NCBI GenBank assembly: GCA_050290185.1
Contig: JBNKHE010000001.1
Span: 740,803 to 804,802, forward strand
Direction of reading: 5' to 3'
DNA length: 64,000 nt
From: Pontiella sp.
Lineage (GTDB): Bacteria; Verrucomicrobiota; Kiritimatiellia; Kiritimatiellales; Pontiellaceae
Shown piece by piece: positions 27,714 through 37,812 of this stretch. The notes beneath the pieces were generated by a model that saw nothing but the letters and a program-made list of their open reading frames with translations, was not told the DNA's origin and ran no database searches. Position 1 is the stretch's first letter. The number at the start of each line of letters is the position of its first letter. The translations under genes and the position numbers were made by a program.

Positions 27714-29609
27714 CTATTCTTCCGGACCGATCCAAATGATCCCCTCTTCGAGCCATCGGGCATCGCCGGACGAAACCTTTCTGGCCAGCTGGTCGATGGC
27801 ACGGTTGTCGTTGCAGCGCAACGCGGCAAAGTGGGCCTTGATCCGGCGGGCCGCCTGCCTGCAGAAGAGGTCGGCCAGCTCAATCCCCATCGCACCCCCG
27901 GGCTGGTCTTTGGCAGCCAGCGCATAGCTGCACGTGGCAGACATCGTGAACAGCTCCGTGCCGATATCCATCAGGTGCCCCAGCACAATCTGGCGGCGGT
28001 CGAGGGTCGGACCATAACGCGCCATGGCATGGAGCAAGCCTCTCGCCAGACGGTGTGATGTGCGGTTTGCATAACGGATGTGCCGCACCAAAGGGCCCGC
28101 ACCTTCCGGCAGTCGTAGCGGCTGAAGGCTGATCCACTGCCGCGGATACCACAGTGCATAGAATCCCAGCAGCGTGAATGATGTTCCGATTTTTTTACCC
28201 AGCGGGGTCCCCGGCTTCATCAGCGGCCCCGCCATTTGAAGGTGCGGATCCATCGCCTCGCGCGCGAGGAACAGGCGCATGATTTCCGACGATCCCTCAA
28301 TGATCGTGTTGATCCGCGCATCGCGCATCATTCGCTCCACCGGATAGGGCGTTTCACCCCGTTCCTTCAGTGAAGCCGCCGTTTCATAGCCGCGGCCACC
28401 GCGCAACTGGAGGGTCTGGTCGACGATCTTCCAGCCGTACTCGGTGCAGAAATACTTGGCCATGGCGGCCTCCAGCCGGATGTCCATGTTTTTCAGGTCG
28501 ACGTAGCGCGAAGTCAGCATCGTGAGCGCCTCCATGGCAAAGGTCGTCGAGGCAATGAACGCGATCTTTTCGCGGCCGGCCTCATGCTGTCCAATGGGTT
28601 GCCCCCACTGTACGCGCTCGTTCCCCCAGCGCCGCGCAATCGACAGGCACTGCTTTCCCAGACCGGTACAGGCCGCGGGCAGTGTAAGGCGCCCGATGTT
28701 GAGCGTGTCCAGCGCCAGCTTAAGTCCGCGCCCCTCGTCGCCAATACGGTTTCCGACGGGAACCTTCACATCGGTAAACTTCAGGTTGCCGTTCTGCATG
28801 CCGTTCAGCCCCATGAAGTCGCAGCGCTGCACCACCTCCACACCGGGCATGTCGCGCTCGACAATGAAAGCACTGATCTGCTGGCGCTCCTTGCCCTTGA
28901 TGACTTTCGGCGCGGTCTTCGCCATCACCACGAATACATCGGCCACCGGAGAGTTCGTGCACCATTGCTTGGCTCCATTGAGGATGTAGTGCGTACCGTC
29001 TTCCGAAAGCTTCGCTTCGGTGGTCATGCGCGCCGGGTCGGATCCCACATCCGGTTCGGTCAGTGCAAAGGCGGAAATTTTACCGTCCACGAACCACGGG
29101 AAATATTTTTTCTTCTGTTCCTCCGTACCGAACAGTTTGAGCGGTTGCGGCACGCCGATCGACTGGTGCGCCGAAGCCAGCACCGCCGTCGATCCGCAGT
29201 AGGAGGCAATCATCATCATGATGCGGTTGTAGTTGACCTGCGACAGTCCGAGCCCGCCGTATTCCTTCGGAACCTTGAGCGCAAAGACGCCCAGCTTCGC
29301 GAGCCCGTTCATCACCTCGTCCGGAATCTCGCGGGTGCGGTCGACTTCATCGGGATCGAGATGTTCTTCCAGAAATTTCCGGATGCGCCCGATATGCACA
29401 TCGCCTTCGGCCTTGTCGTCCTCCGGCTGCATCGGAAAGGGAAACATCAGATCGCCGCGCCAGCGGCCCATGAACATTTCGCTGCAAAAGCTCGGCTGAT
29501 TCCACGTGGTCTGGCGCGAAGCTTCCGCCACTTCAAGCGCCGCGCGCTTGCCTTCGCTCATCTTCGAAGTATCGATTACCATCTCGTCATCATGTTCATG
29601 CTGGTCCAT
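27714..29609 (-). CDS. Acyl-CoA dehydrogenase (long VLCAD/ACAD9-like type)
   Basis: VPKEYGGLG, AHQSIG, FALTEPDVGSD, NGAKQWCTN, GGRGYE, RDARINTIIEG. Confidence 0.92.
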   Translation of the reverse strand: MDQHEHDDEMVIDTSKMSEGKRAALEVAEASRQTTWNQPSFCSEMFMGRWRGDLMFPFPMQPEDDKAEGDVHIGRIRKFLEEHLDPDEVDRTREIPDEVMNGLAKLGVFALKVPKEYGGLGLSQVNYNRIMMMIASYCGSTAVLASAHQSIGVPQPLKLFGTEEQKKKYFPWFVDGKISAFALTEPDVGSDPARMTTEAKLSEDGTHYILNGAKQWCTNSPVADVFVVMAKTAPKVIKGKERQQISAFIVERDMPGVEVVQRCDFMGLNGMQNGNLKFTDVKVPVGNRIGDEGRGLKLALDTLNIGRLTLPAACTGLGKQCLSIARRWGNERVQWGQPIGQHEAGREKIAFIASTTFAMEALTMLTSRYVDLKNMDIRLEAAMAKYFCTEYGWKIVDQTLQLRGGRGYETAASLKERGETPYPVERMMRDARINTIIEGSSEIMRLFLAREAMDPHLQMAGPLMKPGTPLGKKIGTSFTLLGFYALWYPRQWISLQPLRLPEGAGPLVRHIRYANRTSHRLARGLLHAMARYGPTLDRRQIVLGHLMDIGTELFTMSATCSYALAAKDQPGGAMGIELADLFCRQAARRIKAHFAALRCNDNRAIDQLARKVSSGDARWLEEGIIWIGPEE

Positions 29610-29620
29610 TTTCGACTCCT

Positions 29621-31756
29621 TTATCCAGTCTCCGCACTGCCGTAAAACATTCCGCCCTGCAGCGCCATGGTCTGCAGCAGATCGCAGGGTTTGAACCGTT
29701 CGCCGCCGGACTCCTGCAATTCATCCAGGCGTTTGACCACATTGGCCATGCCGCTTTCATCCGCATAGCGCAGCAGCCCGCCCCGGAATGGAGGGAAGCC
29801 GATCCCGGCGATCAGCGCCATGTCCAGATAGTCGGCGCGCTCCACAATACGCTCCTGCAGGCACATGGCCGCCTCGTTCAGCATGGTGAGCATCAACCGG
29901 TCGACGATTGCTTCATCGGATATCTCCCTTTTCCGGAAGCCTTCCAGCAACTGAACGGCCTGCGGATTGGGAGAACGCTCCCTCCCCTTATAGCGATAGA
30001 AGCCGCCACCGGATTTTTTACCCAGCAGACCTGCCTGGATAAAACGCTCGAGCACGGGAGCGGCCTGGAGGCGCGGCGAGAATGCCGCTTCCAGTTCAAG
30101 GATGACCTTGTAGCCCACATCAATGCCGGTCACGTCGGCCAGCGCAAACGGGCCCATCGGCATTCCAAAGGATTCTATCAACCGATCGATCCGCTCAAAG
30201 TCCACGCCTTCCTGCAACAGCAGTCCTGCTTCGTTCAGGTAGGGAATAAGAATGCGGTTAACGAGAAATCCGGGGCTGTCCTTGACGACGATGGGCGTTT
30301 TCTTGAGCTCGTGCGCCAGCGCAACAACGGAAGCAATGGCCTCATCGGACGATTTTTCGCCGGCGATTACCTCCACCAGAGGCATCCGGTTGACCGGATT
30401 GAAGAAATGCATTCCAACGAAACGTTCCGGATGTTCGAGCGCGGCAGCCATTTCGGTGATCGATAGCGCCGAGGTGTTCGAACAGATGATCGCATCGTCC
30501 GATACTTCTTTTTCCATCTCCGCCAGTACCACCTTCTTTGCCGACATTTTTTCGATGATGGCTTCAATCACGATATCGACATTTGCAAATCCAGCGTAGT
30601 CGAGCGTTCCGGTGATGCGGTGCATGTTAAGGGTTACTTCATGCGGCTTCATCCTGCGCAGCTTGACCAGCTGCCGGTAATAGTCGGCCGCCTCGGCAAA
30701 CGCCTTGCCGACCGCCTCCCACGAAACATCCTTCACCCGCACCGGCCGGACATGCCGGCTGAACAGCCAGGCGATACCGCCACCCATCACTCCCGCGCCA
30801 AGAATCGCGGCGCAATTGACGGGTAGCGGTGTCACGGTCGAAGCCACTCCACGTTCTTTCCTGAGCAGCTGGTCGGCATGGAACAGGCCGATCAGGTTGC
30901 GGCAAATTGATGTGGTCGCCAGCTGGGAGAATGCACGCGATTCCTTTTCCAACCCTTGTTTCAGCTTGGTGTGGCAGGTTTCCTTTATCAGCGAGAGTAC
31001 GGCGGGGATAGCCGGATAGTGGCCTTTGCTCTTCTCCAGCGCGTGTGCCGAGGCTCGGTTGATCACGAGGGCACGGACCGGCCAGATCCGGTCCCGCATA
31101 TGGGACGGTCGTTTGGCCCTCAACGCTCGACGCCCTTTACCCGTCAGACAATGCCCCGTGAACTCGCGCACTTTTTCCGCCACAAACTCGTGCGGCACCA
31201 GCGCATCGACCAAACCGATCCGAAGCGCCTTTGAGCCCGAAACCGGCTTACCGGAAAGAATCATCGTCAGCGCCTGCACCAATCCGATCAACCGCGGTAA
31301 ACGCTGGGTTCCTCCCCACCCCGGCAAAATGCCGAGAGAGACTTCGGGCAGTCCAAGTTTCGTCTTTTCGCTATCGGTCACGATCCGGAACGAACAGGCC
31401 AGAGCCAGCTCGAGACCGCCACCCAGACAAACCCCGTCGATGACCGCAATGGTTGGATACGGCAACGCTTCCAGCTTATTGAATACCATCTGCCCCAACT
31501 GCGACTTTCCATAGGCTTCTTCGGGACTTTTCAATGTTTCAATTTCGTTGATGTCCGCTCCGGCAATAAACACGCCCGACTTCGCACTCGTAATCACGAG
31601 CGCGCGAATGCTGTCGTTATTCAAGTCGCCGTCCAGCAGACCCATCAGCTCAGTCATCACGCTCGATGAAAGTTTGTTGACCTTTTCATCCGGCAGATCG
31701 AATTCCAGATAGGTGATCCCGGTTTCGTTCGGAGGAATAAGGTTCATCGCATTCAT
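29621..31756 (-). CDS. fadJ: Fatty-acid oxidation complex alpha subunit (enoyl-CoA hydratase/3-hydroxyacyl-CoA dehydrogenase)
   Basis: FIAGADI, CLGGGLELALAC, LGLPEV..GILPGWGGTQRLPRLIG, GAGVMGGGIA, SNTSAL, GMHFFNPV; TAATG-coupled start at 31756. Confidence 0.9.
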   Translation of the reverse strand: MNAMNLIPPNETGITYLEFDLPDEKVNKLSSSVMTELMGLLDGDLNNDSIRALVITSAKSGVFIAGADINEIETLKSPEEAYGKSQLGQMVFNKLEALPYPTIAVIDGVCLGGGLELALACSFRIVTDSEKTKLGLPEVSLGILPGWGGTQRLPRLIGLVQALTMILSGKPVSGSKALRIGLVDALVPHEFVAEKVREFTGHCLTGKGRRALRAKRPSHMRDRIWPVRALVINRASAHALEKSKGHYPAIPAVLSLIKETCHTKLKQGLEKESRAFSQLATTSICRNLIGLFHADQLLRKERGVASTVTPLPVNCAAILGAGVMGGGIAWLFSRHVRPVRVKDVSWEAVGKAFAEAADYYRQLVKLRRMKPHEVTLNMHRITGTLDYAGFANVDIVIEAIIEKMSAKKVVLAEMEKEVSDDAIICSNTSALSITEMAAALEHPERFVGMHFFNPVNRMPLVEVIAGEKSSDEAIASVVALAHELKKTPIVVKDSPGFLVNRILIPYLNEAGLLLQEGVDFERIDRLIESFGMPMGPFALADVTGIDVGYKVILELEAAFSPRLQAAPVLERFIQAGLLGKKSGGGFYRYKGRERSPNPQAVQLLEGFRKREISDEAIVDRLMLTMLNEAAMCLQERIVERADYLDMALIAGIGFPPFRGGLLRYADESGMANVVKRLDELQESGGERFKPCDLLQTMALQGGMFYGSAETG

Positions 31757-33045
31757 TATTCCACCTCCAATGCCAATGCGGCGCCTTGTCCGCCGCCGAT
31801 GCACAAGGTGGCGAGTCCCCGCTGGAGACCACGACGGCGGAGTTCCATGAGCAGGGTTACGATTAAACGTGCCCCCGTGGCGCCAACCGGATGACCCAGT
31901 GCGATCGCGCCGCCGTTGACGTTCAGTTTTTCGGGATCGATCGTACCCAACGCCTCGTTACGGCCGAGGTGCTTTTGGGCAAATTCGTGCGACGAAAATG
32001 CGCGCTCGCATGCAAGCACCTGCGCGGCGAAGGCTTCGTTAAGTTCGATCAGGTCAAAATGTCCGAGACCGAAACCGGTTTGCTTGAACAGCTTGGCGCA
32101 GGCATAGACCGGACCCAGTCCCATGCGGTCGCCGGACAGCCCGGCATAGGCATAGCTGTGGAGATAGCCCAGCGGCTGGAGGCCCATGGACTTCGCCCTC
32201 TCCTCGGACATCACCAGCGCGGCGACGGCACCGTCGGTGACCTGCGAAGCATTGCCAACGGTTACTGTGCCGGTCTTGCGATCAAAATAAGGCCGCAGCT
32301 TATGCAAATCTTCCATCGACTGGTTCGGGCGCGGCCCTTCGTCGACCTGCTGGATTGCGTCGTATTTAAGGGGTATCGGAACCGGCACAATTTCCTCGGC
32401 CAGCTTTCCGGCCTCGATGGCCGCAGTGGCGCGCCGGTGGCTTTCAAGAGCATATTCATCCTGCTGTTCACGAGTAATCAGGAAGTCGCGGGAAAGTCTC
32501 TCGGCGGTCAGCCCCATAATCAACCCGCAGATCGGATCGGTCAATCCCTGCTCCAGCGCAATGATGGGTTTAAGATGGCGCAGCCGGAACGAGGAAAGTG
32601 CCTTCATCTTTTGCCCAAAGGTCTTTGCCTTGAAGAGCCGCTGGAACAGCGCCGTCATTTCCGGGCCATAGAGCAGCGGATAGTTGCTCATCGACTCGGT
32701 TCCACCCACCAGCACAACCTCGGCATCACCCGCCGCGATCATCTGAGCCGCACTCGTGAACGACTGCATGCCCGAGGCGCAGTTGCGATGGACCGTAAAC
32801 GCAGGAAGCGAAGTGGGCAACCCGGCTTTCAGCGCGATCACCCGGGCAATGTTTGCCGCATGAACCGGTTGCCCGACATTGCCGAAGACCATCTCGTCGA
32901 TTCCCTCCGGCGGAAAGCCGGTTCGGATCATCAGTTCCTTCACAGCAAACGCGCCCAGATCGTCGGCTTGCGCGTGTTTCAGCTTCCCGCCTGCCTTGCA
33001 GAACGGCGTGCGGATGCCTTCAACAATGGCCAATCGCGAACTCAT
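31756..33045 (-). CDS. fadI: 3-ketoacyl-CoA thiolase
   Basis: RTPF, NCASG, GNASQVTDGA, NEAFAAQ, GHPVGATG, CIGGGQG; start ATG 33045. Confidence 0.88.
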   Translation of the reverse strand: MSSRLAIVEGIRTPFCKAGGKLKHAQADDLGAFAVKELMIRTGFPPEGIDEMVFGNVGQPVHAANIARVIALKAGLPTSLPAFTVHRNCASGMQSFTSAAQMIAAGDAEVVLVGGTESMSNYPLLYGPEMTALFQRLFKAKTFGQKMKALSSFRLRHLKPIIALEQGLTDPICGLIMGLTAERLSRDFLITREQQDEYALESHRRATAAIEAGKLAEEIVPVPIPLKYDAIQQVDEGPRPNQSMEDLHKLRPYFDRKTGTVTVGNASQVTDGAVAALVMSEERAKSMGLQPLGYLHSYAYAGLSGDRMGLGPVYACAKLFKQTGFGLGHFDLIELNEAFAAQVLACERAFSSHEFAQKHLGRNEALGTIDPEKLNVNGGAIALGHPVGATGARLIVTLLMELRRRGLQRGLATLCIGGGQGAALALEVE

Positions 33046-34828
33046 TCGAATCCTCCATCTTTTTGCTTTCGTCGTAGATGCGGGCAATCACCGTCTTGTA
33101 TTGCTCCGCCACCTTGTAGCGTCGTATTTTCAATGTCGGGGTCAATTGGCCGTTTTCCACCGTAGGCGGTTCCAGCAGCAGAGCATAGGTGTGGATCTTT
33201 TCCCAGTGGTCGAGATCGGCATTGACCTGCCGGACCAGCGACTGGATTTCCTGGTTCACTACAGGGGATCTGGCAAACGCGGCGTCCGTTTCGTTTCCTG
33301 CTCCGCAGCGCTGCTTCAACCGGGCGAGGCCGCTGCGGTTCAGGAAAATCAGTACGCTCGTAAATTTGCGGGATTCGGCAACAACGCAAGCCGTGTCGAC
33401 GAGATCCGAGCAACACAGGGCCCGCTCGATCGGCAGCGGACATACAATTTCGCCGGTGGAGGTTTTGAACAGCTCCTTCTTGCGCGCCTTGATGCTCAGG
33501 TAGCCGTCCGCATCGAACTGCCCCAGGTCTCCGGTATGAAGCCAGCCGTCCGCATCGATGGCCTGCGCGGTTTCCTCCGGCCGGTTATGATAGCCGCGCA
33601 TGATACTCGGGCCGCGCGCCAGCACCTCGCCCTCATCCGTCAGCCTGACCTGCACGCTTGGCAGCGGCCGCCCGACGGTACCCACTTTACGCTGGCTGGG
33701 ATAATTCACGCTAATCACCGGCGCGGCCTCGGTCAGCCCGTACCCCTCGTAGAGCGGCACGCCCATGCGTACAAAAAAGCGGTTCAAATCGTCCGGCATG
33801 TGCGCGCCGCCGACCACCATGGTTCGCAGCTTTCCTCCCAGCGATTTTCGGATTTGCCACCCGACCAGGCCGTCGGCAAGGCGGTCCGCCAGAGACCCCC
33901 TCCCCGGACCGTCATCCGATCGGCCGGCATGTTTCCACGTCCACCGGGCAAACCCGCCGAGCGGCCCGAAAACCAGGTCCGACTTCCCGGCAATGCGTTC
34001 GTAGGTTTTTTCCAGCAAGCGCGGCACCACCGTCATCATCGTCGGGCGGACTTCCTGCAACACAACGCCGAGATGCTCGATATCGTCGACAAAATAAACC
34101 GACATGCCGCGCGAGAGATAAAGGTAGATGACAATCCGTTCGAAGCAGTGGGCCACCGGCAAAAAACTCAGCGCCCGGTCCCGGCACGGCTTGATCGGAA
34201 ACATCGGTTCAAGCTCGTGCAGCTGCTCCACCAGATTACGATGCGTCAGCTCCACGCCCTTCGGCGTACCCGTCGAACCGCTGGTGTAGATGATGACGGC
34301 GAGGTCGTCCGGTTTGATACGCAGTAAAAGATGTTCAGACAGCTCAGGCCCGGCCGCCATCCTTTCCCCTCCCTGGAAATATAGTTCGTCCACATGCAGC
34401 ACTCCCGGGACATCCGTCACCAGCTGATCGGTAATAATCAGATCAAAGCCATCAGCCAGCGGCCGGAACCGCGCCCACAGCGATTCCCCGAACACAAAGA
34501 TCGCCTTCATGCCCGTATCATCGATCTTGTGCTGCAGATGCGCTTCGGAAAAGTCGACGAAAAACGGAACCGCCACGTGACCCGCCAGCATCGTCGCCAG
34601 GTCCGCCACCAGCCAGTTGCTGGAGGGTGCCGCCAGAATACCCACACATGCGCCGGCGTCGGGGATCCGCTCCTCAAGCGCTGCAGCCAGACAGGTAACC
34701 CGTTGAACCACATCGACCATTGAAACCGACCGCCATTCGCCTTCCACCCGGTCGTTGAACGCACGCTTGACGTTGTGCTGAGCTGCATGGCCGAGCAGCA
34801 TCTCGGGAATGGTATGGTACGATTCCAT
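33020..34828 (-). CDS. fadD: Long-chain acyl-CoA synthetase
   Basis: IIYTSGSTGTPKGV, YEGYGLTE, GWLHTGDLG, LTPTLKIRR; start ATG 34828 with SD AAAGGA. Confidence 0.9.
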   Translation of the reverse strand: MESYHTIPEMLLGHAAQHNVKRAFNDRVEGEWRSVSMVDVVQRVTCLAAALEERIPDAGACVGILAAPSSNWLVADLATMLAGHVAVPFFVDFSEAHLQHKIDDTGMKAIFVFGESLWARFRPLADGFDLIITDQLVTDVPGVLHVDELYFQGGERMAAGPELSEHLLLRIKPDDLAVIIYTSGSTGTPKGVELTHRNLVEQLHELEPMFPIKPCRDRALSFLPVAHCFERIVIYLYLSRGMSVYFVDDIEHLGVVLQEVRPTMMTVVPRLLEKTYERIAGKSDLVFGPLGGFARWTWKHAGRSDDGPGRGSLADRLADGLVGWQIRKSLGGKLRTMVVGGAHMPDDLNRFFVRMGVPLYEGYGLTEAAPVISVNYPSQRKVGTVGRPLPSVQVRLTDEGEVLARGPSIMRGYHNRPEETAQAIDADGWLHTGDLGQFDADGYLSIKARKKELFKTSTGEIVCPLPIERALCCSDLVDTACVVAESRKFTSVLIFLNRSGLARLKQRCGAGNETDAAFARSPVVNQEIQSLVRQVNADLDHWEKIHTYALLLEPPTVENGQLTPTLKIRRYKVAEQYKTVIARIYDESKKMEDSNEFAIGHC

Positions 34829-34989
34829 GGCTACCGCGTTTCCTTTCTTGCGATACAAGAACTTTAAGCGGAAGCAACGCACCCGTCAAGATATGTGCGC
34901 CAATAGTCTCAAAGCTCTTGAAGCCATCAATAAAGACAGAAAACATCGATTCAGGGTTCAAAACAGTTGCAGTTTCCTTGAGACCAAAT

Positions 34990-35020
34990 AAAAAGGCCGG
35001 ACTGATCAGTCCGGCCTTTT
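34990..35020 (-). terminator. Terminator of tRNA-Leu
   Basis: AAAAAGGCCGGACT-GATC-AGTCCGGCCTTTT immediately after the CCA end. Confidence 0.85.
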
Positions 35021-35024
35021 AAAA

Positions 35025-35112
35025 TGGTGCTCGGGATGAGATTCGAACTCATACGGCCTTAACGGCCACAAGGCCCTCAACCTTGCGTGTCTACCAATTT
35101 CACCACCCGAGC
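35025..35112 (-). tRNA. tRNA-Leu (anticodon GAG)
   Basis: GCTCGGG/CCCGAGC acceptor stem, CAAGG-TTGAGGG-CCTTG anticodon arm, long variable arm, TTCGAAT T-loop, ACCA end; 88 nt. Confidence 0.97.
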
Positions 35113-35134
35113 GATAAATGAAAAGAGGATGTGC

Positions 35135-35163
35135 AAGATACCGATGCCCCTAGGGGCGTGCAA
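35135..35163 (-). promoter_or_regulatory. sigma70 promoter of tRNA-Leu
   Basis: TTGCAC-17 nt-TATCTT on the minus strand. Confidence 0.65.
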
Positions 35164-35312
35164 GCGGTAAATAAAAAAAGTTGGACAGGCCGGAACCGGA
35201 GGGTTCCGGCCTGTATTCCCGGCAAAATCCAACCGGAAAAGGCTCATCGAACTCTTTCCAAACCAAGTCCTTTTTCAGTAGGCTTGTGACTCTTGGAGAG
35301 CGAGGTGCCTGA

Positions 35313-37628
35313 ATGGTCGTTAAAGTGAAAAAAATCGTCGGCGCCGTACTGGCGGTGCTGGCCGTATTAATGGTCATTCTGCTGAGCATATTTCTGTTCT
35401 GGCTGGGACCAGCCGTGAAAATGGTGGCGGAGCATATCGGCTCAAAGGCGCTGGGAACCCCGCTAACGATCAACGAGCTGAAAATCAACCCCCGCCACGG
35501 TACGTTTCACATGACCGGCTTTGCGATTGGCAATCCGGATGAATTCGGCCAGACCAATGCCGTGTCGCTGGCCGGCATGGATATTGCGCTTGATATCGGT
35601 TCCATCTTTTCCCGGACCGTTGTTGTGCACCGGGTGCAAATTGATAGCCCCTACTTTATCTACGAGCAAAACGAAGCCTCCGACAACGTCACTGAGTTCA
35701 TGAAAAACCTGGAGGAGTATCTGGGCGGCGATGCGGAAAAGCCGGAGCCTAGGAAGCCGGACGAGGACGACAGCAAGGAACCAAAGATCGTCATCGTGGA
35801 GCAACTTGAAGTCAACGATATCCAGTTCCATCTGGCCCATACCGACGCCACCAACATGGATATCAATGTCGGTATTGAGCAGGTCGCCGCCAGCATGACC
35901 AACGGGATCGCAACCGTGAAAAACCTGCATGTCAGCAATCCGTCTCTTCTTGAAACACCCAACCTGTTTAGACTCGATGGCATCGAGATCGAAGTGGATC
36001 CGGCAAGCATCTATTCCGACAGGATTTCCATCCGCGATGTGCAGGTGATTCGTCCCTATGCCTACCTTGAAAGAAATCCACAGACCGATACGGTCACCGA
36101 GTTCATGAAGATCGCCGACCGTTTTGCAAACGCCGCGACCAACGCGCCTGCCGCCATGGAACCGGTTGTTGAAGAAACAACCGAGACGGAGGAAACCGCG
36201 ACAGGAGCACCTCCGTTTGAGCTGCATAACCTTCTGGTAGACGATATCCAAATCAAACTGCTCGACTCGACGGCAACGAATACTGTTACACAACCGCGCA
36301 TGCTGGCCGGCATTGGTTCTATTGCCGTCAAACTGGTGGACGGCCACATTCAGCTCAAAGGGATCAGCATTCCCAATCCGGACGGATACCTTTCGACCAA
36401 CCTGTTTCAACTAGCCGGCATCGATGTTTCCCTTGATCCCGACTCGCTCTTCTCCGGCCAGGTCAATATCGAGAAAATCTTGGTCAACTCCCCGGAAATC
36501 AACCTGGAACAGACCGAGACCAGTGGCAATGTGGCCGACCTTCAAGCATCCCTGATGGGCTTTGCATCACCGGCAGGAGCTGTGGATGAAGCCCCCTCTC
36601 CAGAAGCAACTCCGCAAACCGGAGAAGGGCCGGAGCCCATCCCGCTGGATGAGCAACCTGTTGTACTGCATTCCCTGCTCGTAACGAACTTCGCGATTAA
36701 TTTGACCCTTCCCGCCGTAACCAACAAACCGGTCCAGTGGGCGCTGGATATGTCGGAGATACAAAAGCTCAATCCCATGAACAAACTCTCCCTCGGGAAA
36801 CTCAATATTTTTGCACCGGGATCCGCCGCGACTAACGAAACAGAGGCCGCGGAGGAAACCGACGACGGAGGCCCGCTGAAACTCGTCGCCTTCAAGCTGC
36901 TGTCGGTTCGTCCACTTGAAGGCGTGATTCAGCTGGACGGTCTTACTGTCGCGAATCCGCACGGATTCACATACAGGCACCTTGTCGAGCTAGGTCAGTT
37001 CCGGCTGGAGCTTGATCCGGACACGCTGCAATCCGACACCCTGGTGATCAAGGAGATCCTGATCGGCGCTCCCAACATTGTCTTCGAACGACATCTGACG
37101 ACCGACAACATCAAGGATCTTCAGGCCGAAATTAAAAAGCTGGTCTCGCAGCAACAGGAGGAGCCGGAGGAAAACGCCCCGACTCAACCGGTATCTGCCC
37201 AGCAGGAAGCCGGAGGCCAAAAAGTGATTATCAAACACTTGCAGATAAAAAAAGGTACCGTGCGTCCCAAGCTCTCCGTACTCCCTGCACCGTCCATACC
37301 ATTGTCTCTCGAACTGTCCAATATCGGCGAAGACACGGGGGGCACGAGTATCAGTGGAATGCTCTCCGACCTGGGAAGCATCAGCTATGACTTCATTATT
37401 GGAACCGTTGCCAACTCAACCGACTTTGCCACCGATACCTTGAAGGGTGCCGGAGCGCTGACTTTCGGATCGCTGCTCAATTTGACCAGTGGAGACACGG
37501 AAGAAGGTATGACCGGCGAGGACAAACAGGTTACGGACCAAAGCTCCAACGGAAACACGGTTATTGAAGAACCAGAAAAGGACAAGCGTTCGAGAGGTAG
37601 GCACAGACTGCCTGGCCGGTCCTTCTAA
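35313..37628 (+). CDS. AsmA-like inner-membrane-anchored protein with four tandem beta-groove repeats
   Basis: N-terminal TM; four copies of G...l.g..i.NP.gf......l..i.v.ld..sl.s..v.I..i.i..P...E......N separated by acidic/Pro linkers. Confidence 0.75.
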   Translation: MVVKVKKIVGAVLAVLAVLMVILLSIFLFWLGPAVKMVAEHIGSKALGTPLTINELKINPRHGTFHMTGFAIGNPDEFGQTNAVSLAGMDIALDIGSIFSRTVVVHRVQIDSPYFIYEQNEASDNVTEFMKNLEEYLGGDAEKPEPRKPDEDDSKEPKIVIVEQLEVNDIQFHLAHTDATNMDINVGIEQVAASMTNGIATVKNLHVSNPSLLETPNLFRLDGIEIEVDPASIYSDRISIRDVQVIRPYAYLERNPQTDTVTEFMKIADRFANAATNAPAAMEPVVEETTETEETATGAPPFELHNLLVDDIQIKLLDSTATNTVTQPRMLAGIGSIAVKLVDGHIQLKGISIPNPDGYLSTNLFQLAGIDVSLDPDSLFSGQVNIEKILVNSPEINLEQTETSGNVADLQASLMGFASPAGAVDEAPSPEATPQTGEGPEPIPLDEQPVVLHSLLVTNFAINLTLPAVTNKPVQWALDMSEIQKLNPMNKLSLGKLNIFAPGSAATNETEAAEETDDGGPLKLVAFKLLSVRPLEGVIQLDGLTVANPHGFTYRHLVELGQFRLELDPDTLQSDTLVIKEILIGAPNIVFERHLTTDNIKDLQAEIKKLVSQQQEEPEENAPTQPVSAQQEAGGQKVIIKHLQIKKGTVRPKLSVLPAPSIPLSLELSNIGEDTGGTSISGMLSDLGSISYDFIIGTVANSTDFATDTLKGAGALTFGSLLNLTSGDTEEGMTGEDKQVTDQSSNGNTVIEEPEKDKRSRGRHRLPGRSF

Positions 37629-37744
37629 TCCGGAAAAACCAATGAAAAGAAAGCTCCTGATTGCCAGCGGGAGGCCCCGGATGTAATTCCATGGAGGGGT
37701 GCCCGCCGGTTCTGAGCGATGCCGAAGAACGTCCACCAATCCAC

Positions 37745-37780
37745 AAAAAAGCCGCCGCAAACCTACGTTCGCAGCGGCTT
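37745..37780 (-). terminator. Terminator of the helicase gene
   Basis: AAGCCGC...GCGGCTT imperfect stem with a T6 tail on the minus strand. Confidence 0.6.
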
Positions 37781-37812
37781 GGCAAGTGGTGGCTGAATGC
37801 CACGCTAGGTTT

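Noticed and set aside
35025..35112. tRNA-Leu as an integration site for an island carrying the fad operon
   Set aside because: No integrase and no duplicated tRNA 3' end noticed; the native terminator follows directly.
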